This document shows positions 56,449-64,000 of a stretch of 64,000 bases of DNA, piece by piece. The number at the start of each line of letters is the position of its first letter. The first letter of the stretch is position 1. This DNA comes from an uncultured Candidatus Peribacteria bacterium (GTDB lineage Bacteria; Patescibacteriota; Gracilibacteria; Peribacterales; Peribacteraceae), in the NCBI GenBank assembly GCA_964635215.1, contig CAZWNJ010000001.1:254741-318740 (forward strand). Direction: 5' to 3'. A program made the position numbers and the translations under genes. The notes beneath the pieces were generated by a model that was not told the DNA's origin, did not search any database, and was given only the letters and a program-made list of their open reading frames with translations.

Positions 56449-56907
56449 ATGGCTCTCGAATTGGTCGCGATCGTACGTCACGGGGAGTACGACACGTACT
56501 ATCTCAATCCTCGTGGCGAAGCACAGATGCGCGCCTTGGCCACCGGATTGCTGCCGCTTGTCGGTGGCCGAAAATTGGCTGTGATCAGCTCCACCATCCG
56601 TCGGGCGGTGCAGAGCGCGTGTCTCCTTGCTGAAGGGCTCGGTGCCCCGCGGCCGATCCTCTATGAGGTACTCGTATCGCACGACGAGTGTCGGCCGGAT
56701 CTGCCTGTCGCGTATGCGCTCATCACTCGAGAATCTGAGGCGGGAGCCGCCGCGGTCATCGTAGTGACGCACATGGAGTACACCGAGGAGTTGCCGAGCT
56801 TCGTGTGTCAGCAGCTTGGCATCAGCGGTGTCCACCTGCCTCGCCGGCTCCAGAAGGGGCAGGCATGGATTCTGAACGTTGCGACGAAGGAAGCCTTCGT
56901 CGCCTAG
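56449..56907 (+). CDS. histidine phosphatase superfamily protein (SixA/PGAM-like)
   Basis: IVRHGE catalytic motif, SSTIRRAVQSA and a later VVTHMEY His. A Shine-Dalgarno (GAGGAGGG) lies upstream. Confidence 0.72.
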   Translation: MALELVAIVRHGEYDTYYLNPRGEAQMRALATGLLPLVGGRKLAVISSTIRRAVQSACLLAEGLGAPRPILYEVLVSHDECRPDLPVAYALITRESEAGAAAVIVVTHMEYTEELPSFVCQQLGISGVHLPRRLQKGQAWILNVATKEAFVA

Positions 56908-56991
56908 GACCACATCTCAGCCGCTTCGCATCTGCGAGGCGGCTTCGCCCTGTGTTGACACATCCCGAAAGAGGGGGAGAATCGGCAGCCA

Positions 56992-57618
56992 ATGCCGATG
57001 GAATATCCTACAGAGGACGGCACGATCGAAACGGACGCCCCACTGACGACGCCCGAGATGGTGACTATCACGCCCGAGCTGGCGGAGAAGCGACAGGCAC
57101 TGATCTTGGCCTTCACGGTGTTTCGGCCGAGTCTGCGGGCGTACTGTCTGAAGATTGGCGTGCGTGAGGATCGGGTTGATGATCTCCTGCAGGACGTGTG
57201 GATGCATGCCAACCTCAAATTGCACCAATTGCGTGAAGTTCGATCGGTCGGGTTCTGGGTGAAGCGCATTGCCCACCGCATGTCGATCAATCGCCACGTG
57301 CGTAGTCGCCGCGAACGACAGGCGAACGACAGCGAAATGGGGAATGAGCCTCACTTGTTCGTCGATGATGTTGATCAGCCACTCGACATCCTCATTGCTC
57401 GAGAAGAAGCAGATGCCGTCCGGGCGGGCATTGCCTCACTCAAAGACTTGGACCGCCAGACGCTCGATGATTACTACCTCAATCATCTCACCATCAAAGA
57501 GATCGCGGCCAAGGAACACACCTTCATCGGGACGGTGAAGCGGCGTCTCCATACAGCGAGACTCCGTCTGCGTGCCGTCCTGCCGTCGGACATCTGTGAA
57601 GGGGGTGACGCGGAGTGA
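56992..57618 (+). CDS. ECF-type RNA polymerase sigma factor
   Basis: Region 2 (DDLLQDVWMHANLKLHQL...WVKRIAHRMSINRHV) and region 4 HTH (LTIKEIAAKEHTFIGTVKRRLHTARLRLR). Confidence 0.83.
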   Translation: MPMEYPTEDGTIETDAPLTTPEMVTITPELAEKRQALILAFTVFRPSLRAYCLKIGVREDRVDDLLQDVWMHANLKLHQLREVRSVGFWVKRIAHRMSINRHVRSRRERQANDSEMGNEPHLFVDDVDQPLDILIAREEADAVRAGIASLKDLDRQTLDDYYLNHLTIKEIAAKEHTFIGTVKRRLHTARLRLRAVLPSDICEGGDAE

Positions 57619-59999
57619 GGCTTCCCGTAGTGTCATCTCGACGCATGAGCACGCCGCCACTCCGCATCATCGTTCTGGATACCGAGACGACGGGATTTGT
57701 CCCGAAGGTGCATCGCATCATCGAATTGGCGTGGCTGCTCATCGAGAACGGCAACGTGACGAAGGAGTTCGAGAGCCTGCTCTCCGTACCCGATGACATT
57801 CCGCCGACAGTGGAGGTGCTGACGCGCATTGATACCGAACACCTTCAGGGCAAGCCGACGTTCAAAGACGTCGTCGGTCAGCTCTCGGCCGTGCTTACGC
57901 CCGAGACGATCATCGTCGGTCAGAACATCGCCTTCGATCTCTCGATGCTCAAGGGTGAGGGGCTCGACCTGAGTGACTATCCGCGGCTCGATACCGCCAT
58001 GCTCGCGTCACTCGTCTTCCCCGAGGCGCGCAGCTTCTCGCTGTCGTTTTTAAGCAGCCTGCTCGATCTGCCGCACGAGCCCGTACACCGGGCGATGGGC
58101 GACGTCCGCGCCACGGCCGCATTGTTGCAACGCTGTCTTGATCGCATGGAGGAACTGCCTGAAGACCTTCTGCACTCCGCCCGATCGCTCCTTGGTCGCA
58201 GCCCCGGGGGACTGCAGATGTTGGCCAACGTCCTGCCCAAAACCGGCGCTGGCGCCGGCGAGCCGGCGTGGCTCGTCATGGAGCGAGGGCAGCCGGTAGA
58301 GCGTGGGCGCGATTCGGTCGATCTGACGCTTCCTAAGATCGGTTCGGTTCAGATCCGCGAGCAGGCCGTGAGCACCGACGGACTCGGTCAATTGCTCTCG
58401 ACCCCGCTCCAGAAGGGCGAGGAGAGGCGCATCGTCGCCGTGAAGAATCTGGAATCGACGTTGCGCCAGACGTTGCTTCCCAAGCAAGCCCGCGCCATCG
58501 TGCCGCCGCAGTTCCTGCTTGATCCCGAGGCCCGCGACCGGCTCCTCAATGCCCAGACGCTGACCCCTGACGAAGCGACGCTCGCCCTGAAGCTCGCGTG
58601 GTACGACCCGGCCCGCCGTAGCGAACTGCCGCTCCATGGCGACGAACGAGCAGTGTGGAATGGACTCATTGCCTGCACGCCGACGTCGCCGGTCTATCTC
58701 GAGCAATTCAAGGACCTTCCGGAGATCATTGTCATCGATCATCAGCAGCTCCTGCAGTTCGTCTCGGGCGAAAGTCCCGAAGCAAAGCGTCTGCTTGAGA
58801 AAGGGGCACACATCGTGGTGACGGACGCGTCGATGCTCGAGGACACGGCCACCAAGGCCTTTGGCGCCTACCTGTCCATCGATGACCTTCGCGCTTCAGC
58901 TCAGGGCGACACTGCCCTCACGAGCCTGGCGGATCTGCTCTCGATTTTTGTGGAGAAACTCGGCGGTGAGGATGTCCGCTACCTCGTGCCGGACGAACTG
59001 CAGAGTCGCGAGGCCAAGGGCCTGCGCGATCTCATTGCCCAGATCCGCGCGTCCGGTGTCCTGCCGGTGCGCACCGAGCACCTGCTCACGCAGGTGGAGA
59101 AAGTCCTGGCGCCCGACGGCCTGGAGGGCCGCATCGCCTGGGTGGAACGACGACGGGGTGGCGGGATCTCGCTGCAGAGCGCACCCGAGCATCCGGCGGA
59201 ACTCTTGAGGACCAGTCTCTATGACCGTGCCGCTACGACGCTGCTGCTGCCGCCCGGCAAGGCGGGGGACGAAGCGCCGATTGTGCCGGTGACGACGACG
59301 AAGGTGGAGCGCACCCCGGCCTCCGCCGATCCAGAGCCCGTCACGTTCTTGTTCGAGAATGCGCTGCTGGATGCGATTTTGCGCGAGCCACCCGCCGGCA
59401 AGACGATCGTGCTGCTCGGCAGTAAGCGGTCGATTGAGATTGCGTTCGTGAAGTACACCGAGCTCCTGGAAGAGAAGGGCGTGAAGCTCATTTGCCAGGG
59501 CATGAGCGGCGGCCAGGGGCGCATGGAGGCGGACTTCATTGCCGCCACCGGTCAGACGGTCTGGCTGCTGACACCGTGGACGTACGAGGGCACGGAACTG
59601 CCGGCTGGGACTGTTGATCGTCTCTTCATTGAAACGCTGCCCTTTGATCACCCGAGTCATCCGGTCCTGAGCCGCCGAGCCGCGCGCTTCCGCGACGCCT
59701 TCAGTGACTATCTGTTGCCGCGCCTCGAGCAACGAATGTTCCGCTTACTCCGGACATTCGCGCAGCAGCGTCGGGCCGGTGCTGAAGTGGCGATCCTCGA
59801 CCGCCGTCTCTTCGAGAAGGATTACGGCCGCCGCATCCAGGCCTACCTCAAGACCGTCGCGCATCTGAAAGACAGCGAGCAGCGGCCGGTGCTGGCGCCC
59901 GTGCCAGCGGCCATTCGCCCAAAGCCCGTGCAGAAGAAAGCGACCGTGAAGAAACCAGCAAAGAAGAAAGAGAACGACACGCAGCTGCCTCTGCTCTGA
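57615..59999 (+). CDS. DnaQ-type 3'-5' exonuclease fused to a DinG-like helicase-related domain (ATPase motifs apparently degenerate)
   Basis: Exo I IIVLDTETTG, Exo II IVGQNIAFDLSML and Exo III HRAMGDVRATAAL. The C-terminal block TIVLLGSKRS...TVWLLTPWTYEGTELPAGTVDRLFIETLPF resembles the DinG Helicase_C_2 domain. The GTG at 57615 overlaps the sigma stop (GTGA); an alternative ATG lies at 57645. Confidence 0.82.
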   Translation: MRLPVVSSRRMSTPPLRIIVLDTETTGFVPKVHRIIELAWLLIENGNVTKEFESLLSVPDDIPPTVEVLTRIDTEHLQGKPTFKDVVGQLSAVLTPETIIVGQNIAFDLSMLKGEGLDLSDYPRLDTAMLASLVFPEARSFSLSFLSSLLDLPHEPVHRAMGDVRATAALLQRCLDRMEELPEDLLHSARSLLGRSPGGLQMLANVLPKTGAGAGEPAWLVMERGQPVERGRDSVDLTLPKIGSVQIREQAVSTDGLGQLLSTPLQKGEERRIVAVKNLESTLRQTLLPKQARAIVPPQFLLDPEARDRLLNAQTLTPDEATLALKLAWYDPARRSELPLHGDERAVWNGLIACTPTSPVYLEQFKDLPEIIVIDHQQLLQFVSGESPEAKRLLEKGAHIVVTDASMLEDTATKAFGAYLSIDDLRASAQGDTALTSLADLLSIFVEKLGGEDVRYLVPDELQSREAKGLRDLIAQIRASGVLPVRTEHLLTQVEKVLAPDGLEGRIAWVERRRGGGISLQSAPEHPAELLRTSLYDRAATTLLLPPGKAGDEAPIVPVTTTKVERTPASADPEPVTFLFENALLDAILREPPAGKTIVLLGSKRSIEIAFVKYTELLEEKGVKLICQGMSGGQGRMEADFIAATGQTVWLLTPWTYEGTELPAGTVDRLFIETLPFDHPSHPVLSRRAARFRDAFSDYLLPRLEQRMFRLLRTFAQQRRAGAEVAILDRRLFEKDYGRRIQAYLKTVAHLKDSEQRPVLAPVPAAIRPKPVQKKATVKKPAKKKENDTQLPLL

Positions 60000-61391
60000 T
60001 CAGTCGGCCCCCTTTCGGCCCAGGATTACAACGAGCGTGCGCCAACAGATCCAGAGATCCGTCGTCCATGACCACTCTTCGATGTACTGCAGATCGAGCC
60101 GGACTTCGTCGGCGAAGCTCAGGTCGCTGCGTCCCGAGACTTGAGCCAGGCCGGTGATGCCGGGCTTCACGGCGAAGACGCGGCGTTCGCGCGGGGAGTA
60201 GCGCGAGACTTCCTCCGGCAGGTGCGGGCGCGGCCCGACGAGCGACATCTGGCCGACGAGGACGTTGAAGAGCTGGGGCAGTTCGTCGAGCGACCACCGG
60301 CGCAGGAAGTGGCCCAAGGGGGTGACGCGCGGGTCGTTATGAATCTTGAAGAGTGGGCCGTCCTGGCGGTGATTCTGCGCGGCTAGAGCGGGTTTAATGG
60401 CGTCGGCTTCCTTGATCATCGTGCGGAATTTCAGGACCGGGACCAGAGTCGTGCCGTGCTGTCCGACGCGGCGCGAGACGTAGAGGATCGGCCAGCCGCT
60501 TGTGAGCAGGATGAGTAGGGCGATGAACAGGAGTAGCGGCGACAGGAGAATGAGCGCGAGCGCGGCGCCGAGCATGTCCATGGCGGCCTTGCCGACGCGG
60601 CCCCAGCCGTCGAGAGGTGTTGGCTGGAAGCGAATGAGCGGCAGGAGCCCCAGACGGTCGATGGCGAGCAGGTGGGGTGACTCAGTGAACACCGGCGGCA
60701 GGAAGGCGTATTCGACGTGGCGACTGCGGCAGAAGTCGATGAGCTGGAGCGTGTCTTCACGGTCGGGATCGGGACAAGTTTCGATCACAAGATCGACCGC
60801 GCCGCTCTCGGCCAGGTGGACCACTTCGGCGAAGGACGAGGCGTGGGCGACGAAACGATAGGATGGCTCGGAGAGCAGTGGCTCGAGGACACCGGGGGGC
60901 AGACGGCGGCCGATCGTCACGACCTGACGCACACCGAAGCCCGCCCTGAGCAGTCCGCGGTAGGCGATGGTCAGGAGCGCACGCAGGCCCACGACGCAGA
61001 CGGTCATCAGCACGACGGCGTGTAGGAGCAGGATGCGTGAGTAGAAGAGTTCTTTGCGGACGAAGAAGTACCAGATGGTGACGACGACGAGCCACGTCGC
61101 CACGGCCAGACAGATCTGGCCGAATTCGCGCCAGCCGCTCTGCGTGCCACGGAAGGCGTAGAGGTTGTGGAAGGCGGAACCGGCCAGGTAGATCGCGATG
61201 CTCGGGATGATGAACGTTGAAAAGTACTCGGCAAACGCCGGCAGCGTCGTCGGCGCTTCAAGCAGCTGGACGCCGGGGATAAGGTCCATGTTCGCCTGGC
61301 GTAGGCGATAGCTCACGACCAGCGCCAGGAGCACGGCGAGGGCGTCCATGGGGACGCGGAGGGTGCCGAAGAGGATCTCGAGCTTCTTCAC
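60000..61391 (-). CDS. polyprenyl-phosphate sugar phosphotransferase (WbaP/exopolysaccharide priming enzyme family)
   Basis: N-terminal TM helices, then the C-terminal bacterial sugar transferase domain (RVGQHGTTLVPVLKFRTM, DELPQLFNVLVGQMSLVGPRP, KPGITGLAQV). Confidence 0.9.
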   Translation of the reverse strand: MKKLEILFGTLRVPMDALAVLLALVVSYRLRQANMDLIPGVQLLEAPTTLPAFAEYFSTFIIPSIAIYLAGSAFHNLYAFRGTQSGWREFGQICLAVATWLVVVTIWYFFVRKELFYSRILLLHAVVLMTVCVVGLRALLTIAYRGLLRAGFGVRQVVTIGRRLPPGVLEPLLSEPSYRFVAHASSFAEVVHLAESGAVDLVIETCPDPDREDTLQLIDFCRSRHVEYAFLPPVFTESPHLLAIDRLGLLPLIRFQPTPLDGWGRVGKAAMDMLGAALALILLSPLLLFIALLILLTSGWPILYVSRRVGQHGTTLVPVLKFRTMIKEADAIKPALAAQNHRQDGPLFKIHNDPRVTPLGHFLRRWSLDELPQLFNVLVGQMSLVGPRPHLPEEVSRYSPRERRVFAVKPGITGLAQVSGRSDLSFADEVRLDLQYIEEWSWTTDLWICWRTLVVILGRKGAD

Positions 61392-61439
61392 GGGGCTATT
61401 GTACTAGGAGTGCACCCCAAAATCGCGGTCTAGCCACGA

Positions 61440-61806
61440 TTCTCGGGTCCGCCCCTGTACGCCGGGTTCTGTCTGCCGTGAGGCAGGATGACCATCTATC
61501 TCGGCCCGCGATTGCTCGCGGTCTCAAGCGGAGGGGAGCGCGGAGTGACGGAACCATCACTGATCCCGCGCACCCATGTCCTCCTTGCACCACCCAGAGT
61601 TTGCCGTGATGCCCGGGGTCGCCCCGGGCCAACCCCCTGAGGGGGACGTTTCACATGACCCTTGCGGGCCTCGTCTCTGTGGCACTGGTCCGTACGCCGC
61701 ATTGCGGCGGCGCAGGTGGCCGTTAGCCACTGGGCGTTCCAGCGGTGCCCGGACGTTCCTCTACCGGCGCAAAACCGGTAGCGGTCATCAAGGAGCGGAT
61801 CGCTAT
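61440..61806 (-). ncRNA. rnpB: RNase P RNA, bacterial type A (ends approximate)
   Basis: On the minus strand: AGAGGAACGTCCGGGCAC (CR-I, compare GAGGAAAGUCCGGGC), GACCAGTGCCACAGAGACGAG, GGCAAACTCTGGGTGGTGCAAGG and CTTGAGACCGCGAGCAATCGCGGGCCGAGATAGATGGTCATCCTGCCTCACGGCAGACAGAACCCGGCGTAC (CR-V, ACAGAACCCGGC). P1 pairing is TCCGCTCC with GGGGCGGA. Confidence 0.88.
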
Positions 61807-61846
61807 CCTCTCTTGTCCAGAGCCGAGATGCAATGTTTTAGCGACT

Positions 61847-64000
61847 TTATTGGACTGTCGCTTTCAAGAATTCCACGCGTACGTAGCCCTCTTTTCCGCT
61901 ACTCGTTCTGACGTAGGCCCACCATGCATCTTTGCCCAGGACGGTCACGGTCTCTCCCTCTTCTAGGAGGCCGAGGATGATGCAGGGAATCTTCGGAATG
62001 GCACGCAGTTTCAGAGCGTATGTGTTGACGACGTAGGTATCCGGTCCGGGGGGAATGGTGGATGGAGATGACTCTGGTGCGGGTGCGAACGGGACGGGTA
62101 GAGAGGGTGGCTGTGGAGCGGCTGGATGGGCAGGCGCTACATCACGTTGCCGTCCAGCTTTCAAACGTTTCGCGAGGCGTGCAGCTGCTGAGACTGAGAG
62201 CTTCTTCGTGGAAGATGAGGAATCTGAAGAGCTACTGCTGGCTGACGCATGTGCTGACGAGGAACGAGAGGAAGGCGAGATCCGGCGGCCTCCGCCGCTG
62301 ATACGCTCTTCACCTCCCCCCGAAGACGAAGCCGATGACGATGATGAACTAACGGGAGGCAGCCCCAGAGTGACGGTTAGGTCTGAGGAAGCGGTTGATG
62401 TGTTGCCGGCGACGTCGGTCTGGACGGCAGCGAAGACGTAGTTGCCGTTCGCTAGGGCCGACACATCAACCGTGAAGGTGGCGGTACCTAAGACACACGT
62501 CTCGGTAGCGATGTCGACGTCATCTTGGCTCAACGTCACGGACGCGTTGGTTTCACAGGTGGCCGTGATCGTGAGGCTCTGGGCGTCCGTGACGTTATCC
62601 GTTGCAGAGGCACCGGTATCCGAAGCGGAGGCGAGATCGGGAGTACCGGGGGCGGCAGCCGTGGTATCAATCGTGACCAAGAGGGCGCTGGAATTTGAGG
62701 AAACGACATCGAGTGTGCTGACTTGTCGAGCGCGTAGGCTATAGACCTGCGGCGTAGAGAGGCTGATCGACAGAGAGACGGATGAACCGGCGCAGGTTTG
62801 AGTGCCGAGGACTGTCGCTCCCGAGAGGAGTTCGACGACGAGGCCGTTCGTGCAGCTGCCGACCGTAATGGTGACGGCGGTGGTCTTCGTAATATTATCG
62901 GTATTCGAACTGCCGCTATCGCTGGCAGCGATCAGATCGGGCGTACCTGGTGTACTGGGGACCGTTGCATCGATCGTGACGTCGAGTGAGGTGGAAAGAG
63001 TGGATTCATTACCGGCAGGATCGGCTTGGCGAGCGGTCATGGTATGAGTGCCATTGCTTAGACTGCTCGCCGTTACGGACACCGAACCGGAGGTGCAGGT
63101 ACCGCTCCCGACAGCGGTGACATCGTCATACAAGGTGACGGTAGCGTCAGTTTCGCAGCTGATCGTGAAGGTCGGCGTGTCGTCGCCCGTGACATTATCG
63201 GTGGCATCATTGCCGGTATCCGAGGCGGCGGCGAGGTCAGGCGCACCTGGAGCGCTAGGGTTGGATGTATCGATGGTGACGATGAGATTCGCCGAGTCTC
63301 CGGAGATGTTGCCAGCGACATCTCTCTGGCGAGACGCCACGGTATATATGCCGTCGAGTAGGGGGGCGGTTGGACTCAGGCTGACAGTGCTACTACTGCA
63401 TGTCCCGGTAGGGACGGACTGCCCATCGTTAATAATTAGGGAAACGAGTTCGCCGTCATTACAACTAATGGAAAAGACGGGCGAGGTTGCGCTCGTAATA
63501 TTGTCGGTAGAGGAAAGGCCAGAGTCGCTTCCGCCAGCAAGATCAGGCACGCCGGGGGCCGATGACGCCGTGCGGTCGATGGTCACACTGAGCGTGCCGG
63601 ACACATCGGAAATATTGGCGGTATTCCCTTGCTTGGCACTGTAGTCGTGTGACCCCTCAGAGGCCGCGCTATCGCTGATGGTCACCGAACCACCTGAGCA
63701 GGTCCCAGACGTGATGATAGAGCCGTCGCGGAGAAGCCAGACGATCACGCCGTTATCGGCGCAACTGGTGGAGAAGTTCAGAGTGTTGGCACTGGTAATG
63801 TTATCGCTATCCAAATTGCCAGTATCATCGCCAGAAGAGAGATCCGGCGTGCCGGGGGGGCTGTAGGTGGTGAAGTTCAATTCCAGAGACAACGTGAACG
63901 AGCTCGATGAATCGTTGCCAGCGACGTCCGTTTGCTTGGCGGTCATGCTGTACGTTCCCGGTGAGCCATTCGTGTAGCCAAGGCTGACGGTTCCATCGGC
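61847..64000 (-). CDS. large surface protein with tandem Ig-like repeats, Ser-rich linker and C-terminal SH3b-like domain (5' end outside window)
   Basis: The frame is open to the window edge. It has at least 5 repeats of ~100 aa that begin PG(T/V/A)PDL..SD(T/S)G...TDN(I/V)T. Then come a poly-Ser/Gly linker, a Pro-rich stretch and YVVNTYALKLRAIPKIPCIILGLLEEGETVTVLGKDAWWAYVRTSSGKEGYVRVEFL. Confidence 0.82.
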   Translation of the reverse strand, partial: ADGTVSLGYTNGSPGTYSMTAKQTDVAGNDSSSSFTLSLELNFTTYSPPGTPDLSSGDDTGNLDSDNITSANTLNFSTSCADNGVIVWLLRDGSIITSGTCSGGSVTISDSAASEGSHDYSAKQGNTANISDVSGTLSVTIDRTASSAPGVPDLAGGSDSGLSSTDNITSATSPVFSISCNDGELVSLIINDGQSVPTGTCSSSTVSLSPTAPLLDGIYTVASRQRDVAGNISGDSANLIVTIDTSNPSAPGAPDLAAASDTGNDATDNVTGDDTPTFTISCETDATVTLYDDVTAVGSGTCTSGSVSVTASSLSNGTHTMTARQADPAGNESTLSTSLDVTIDATVPSTPGTPDLIAASDSGSSNTDNITKTTAVTITVGSCTNGLVVELLSGATVLGTQTCAGSSVSLSISLSTPQVYSLRARQVSTLDVVSSNSSALLVTIDTTAAAPGTPDLASASDTGASATDNVTDAQSLTITATCETNASVTLSQDDVDIATETCVLGTATFTVDVSALANGNYVFAAVQTDVAGNTSTASSDLTVTLGLPPVSSSSSSASSSGGGEERISGGGRRISPSSRSSSAHASASSSSSDSSSSTKKLSVSAAARLAKRLKAGRQRDVAPAHPAAPQPPSLPVPFAPAPESSPSTIPPGPDTYVVNTYALKLRAIPKIPCIILGLLEEGETVTVLGKDAWWAYVRTSSGKEGYVRVEFLKATVQ
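62357..64000 (-). repeat. about 300-nt tandem coding repeats (Ig-like modules) inside the surface protein gene
   Basis: There are five complete ~100-aa units plus the tail of another at the window edge. Each unit has two conserved Cys and a (R/V)Q.D.AGN...L.VTID ending. Confidence 0.8.

Overview
Gene-dense, high-GC bacterial chromosome segment. My hand counts give about 58% G+C on sampled 60-nt lines. I call about 65 protein genes, three tRNAs (Thr-UGU, Ser-GGA, Arg-CCU) and a type-A RNase P RNA. Most genes are housekeeping: dnaN, recR, smpB, RNase J, mutM, rpmB, pheT, rpsF, rpsR, ppa, murA, holB, secA, tsaB, nusA. Interleaved with these are: (i) a minus-strand type IV pilus/competence-like run (receiver-only regulator, pilB, pilC, secreted Fn3 protein, ComEC-type MBL domain), with pilD 4 kb away; (ii) several scattered surface-glycan genes (flippase, GT4, exostosin-like, GT2, GT2-GtrA fusion, epimerases/dehydratase, priming phosphoglycosyl transferase); (iii) many orphan ORFs. 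The gene mix and the many low-complexity protein tails resemble small-genome Patescibacteria/CPR-like organisms, but that is inference only. The strongest second-look candidate is a 3.4 kb low-GC island (about 43% G+C on sampled lines, 27472-30903) that abuts the 3' end of tRNA-Ser. It carries a 105-aa coiled-coil ORF and a 942-aa orphan protein whose C-terminus has a legumain/caspase-type (clan CD) His-Gly ... Ala-Cys dyad. Other items: a promoter-plus-terminator-bounded ~160-nt candidate small RNA; a tRNA-Arg-linked accessory cluster (transglutaminase-like, wHTH orphan, HD, GIY-YIG) with a structured leader; a DnaQ-exonuclease/DinG-like fusion lacking canonical ATPase motifs; a giant Ig-like-repeat/SH3b surface protein that runs off the window; shared C-terminal SGP-TM-RR sorting-like tails; and DnaA-box-like repeats upstream of dnaN. 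I saw no CRISPR array, transposase, integrase or rRNA. All calls rest on reading the sequence and on motif recall; no searches were run.
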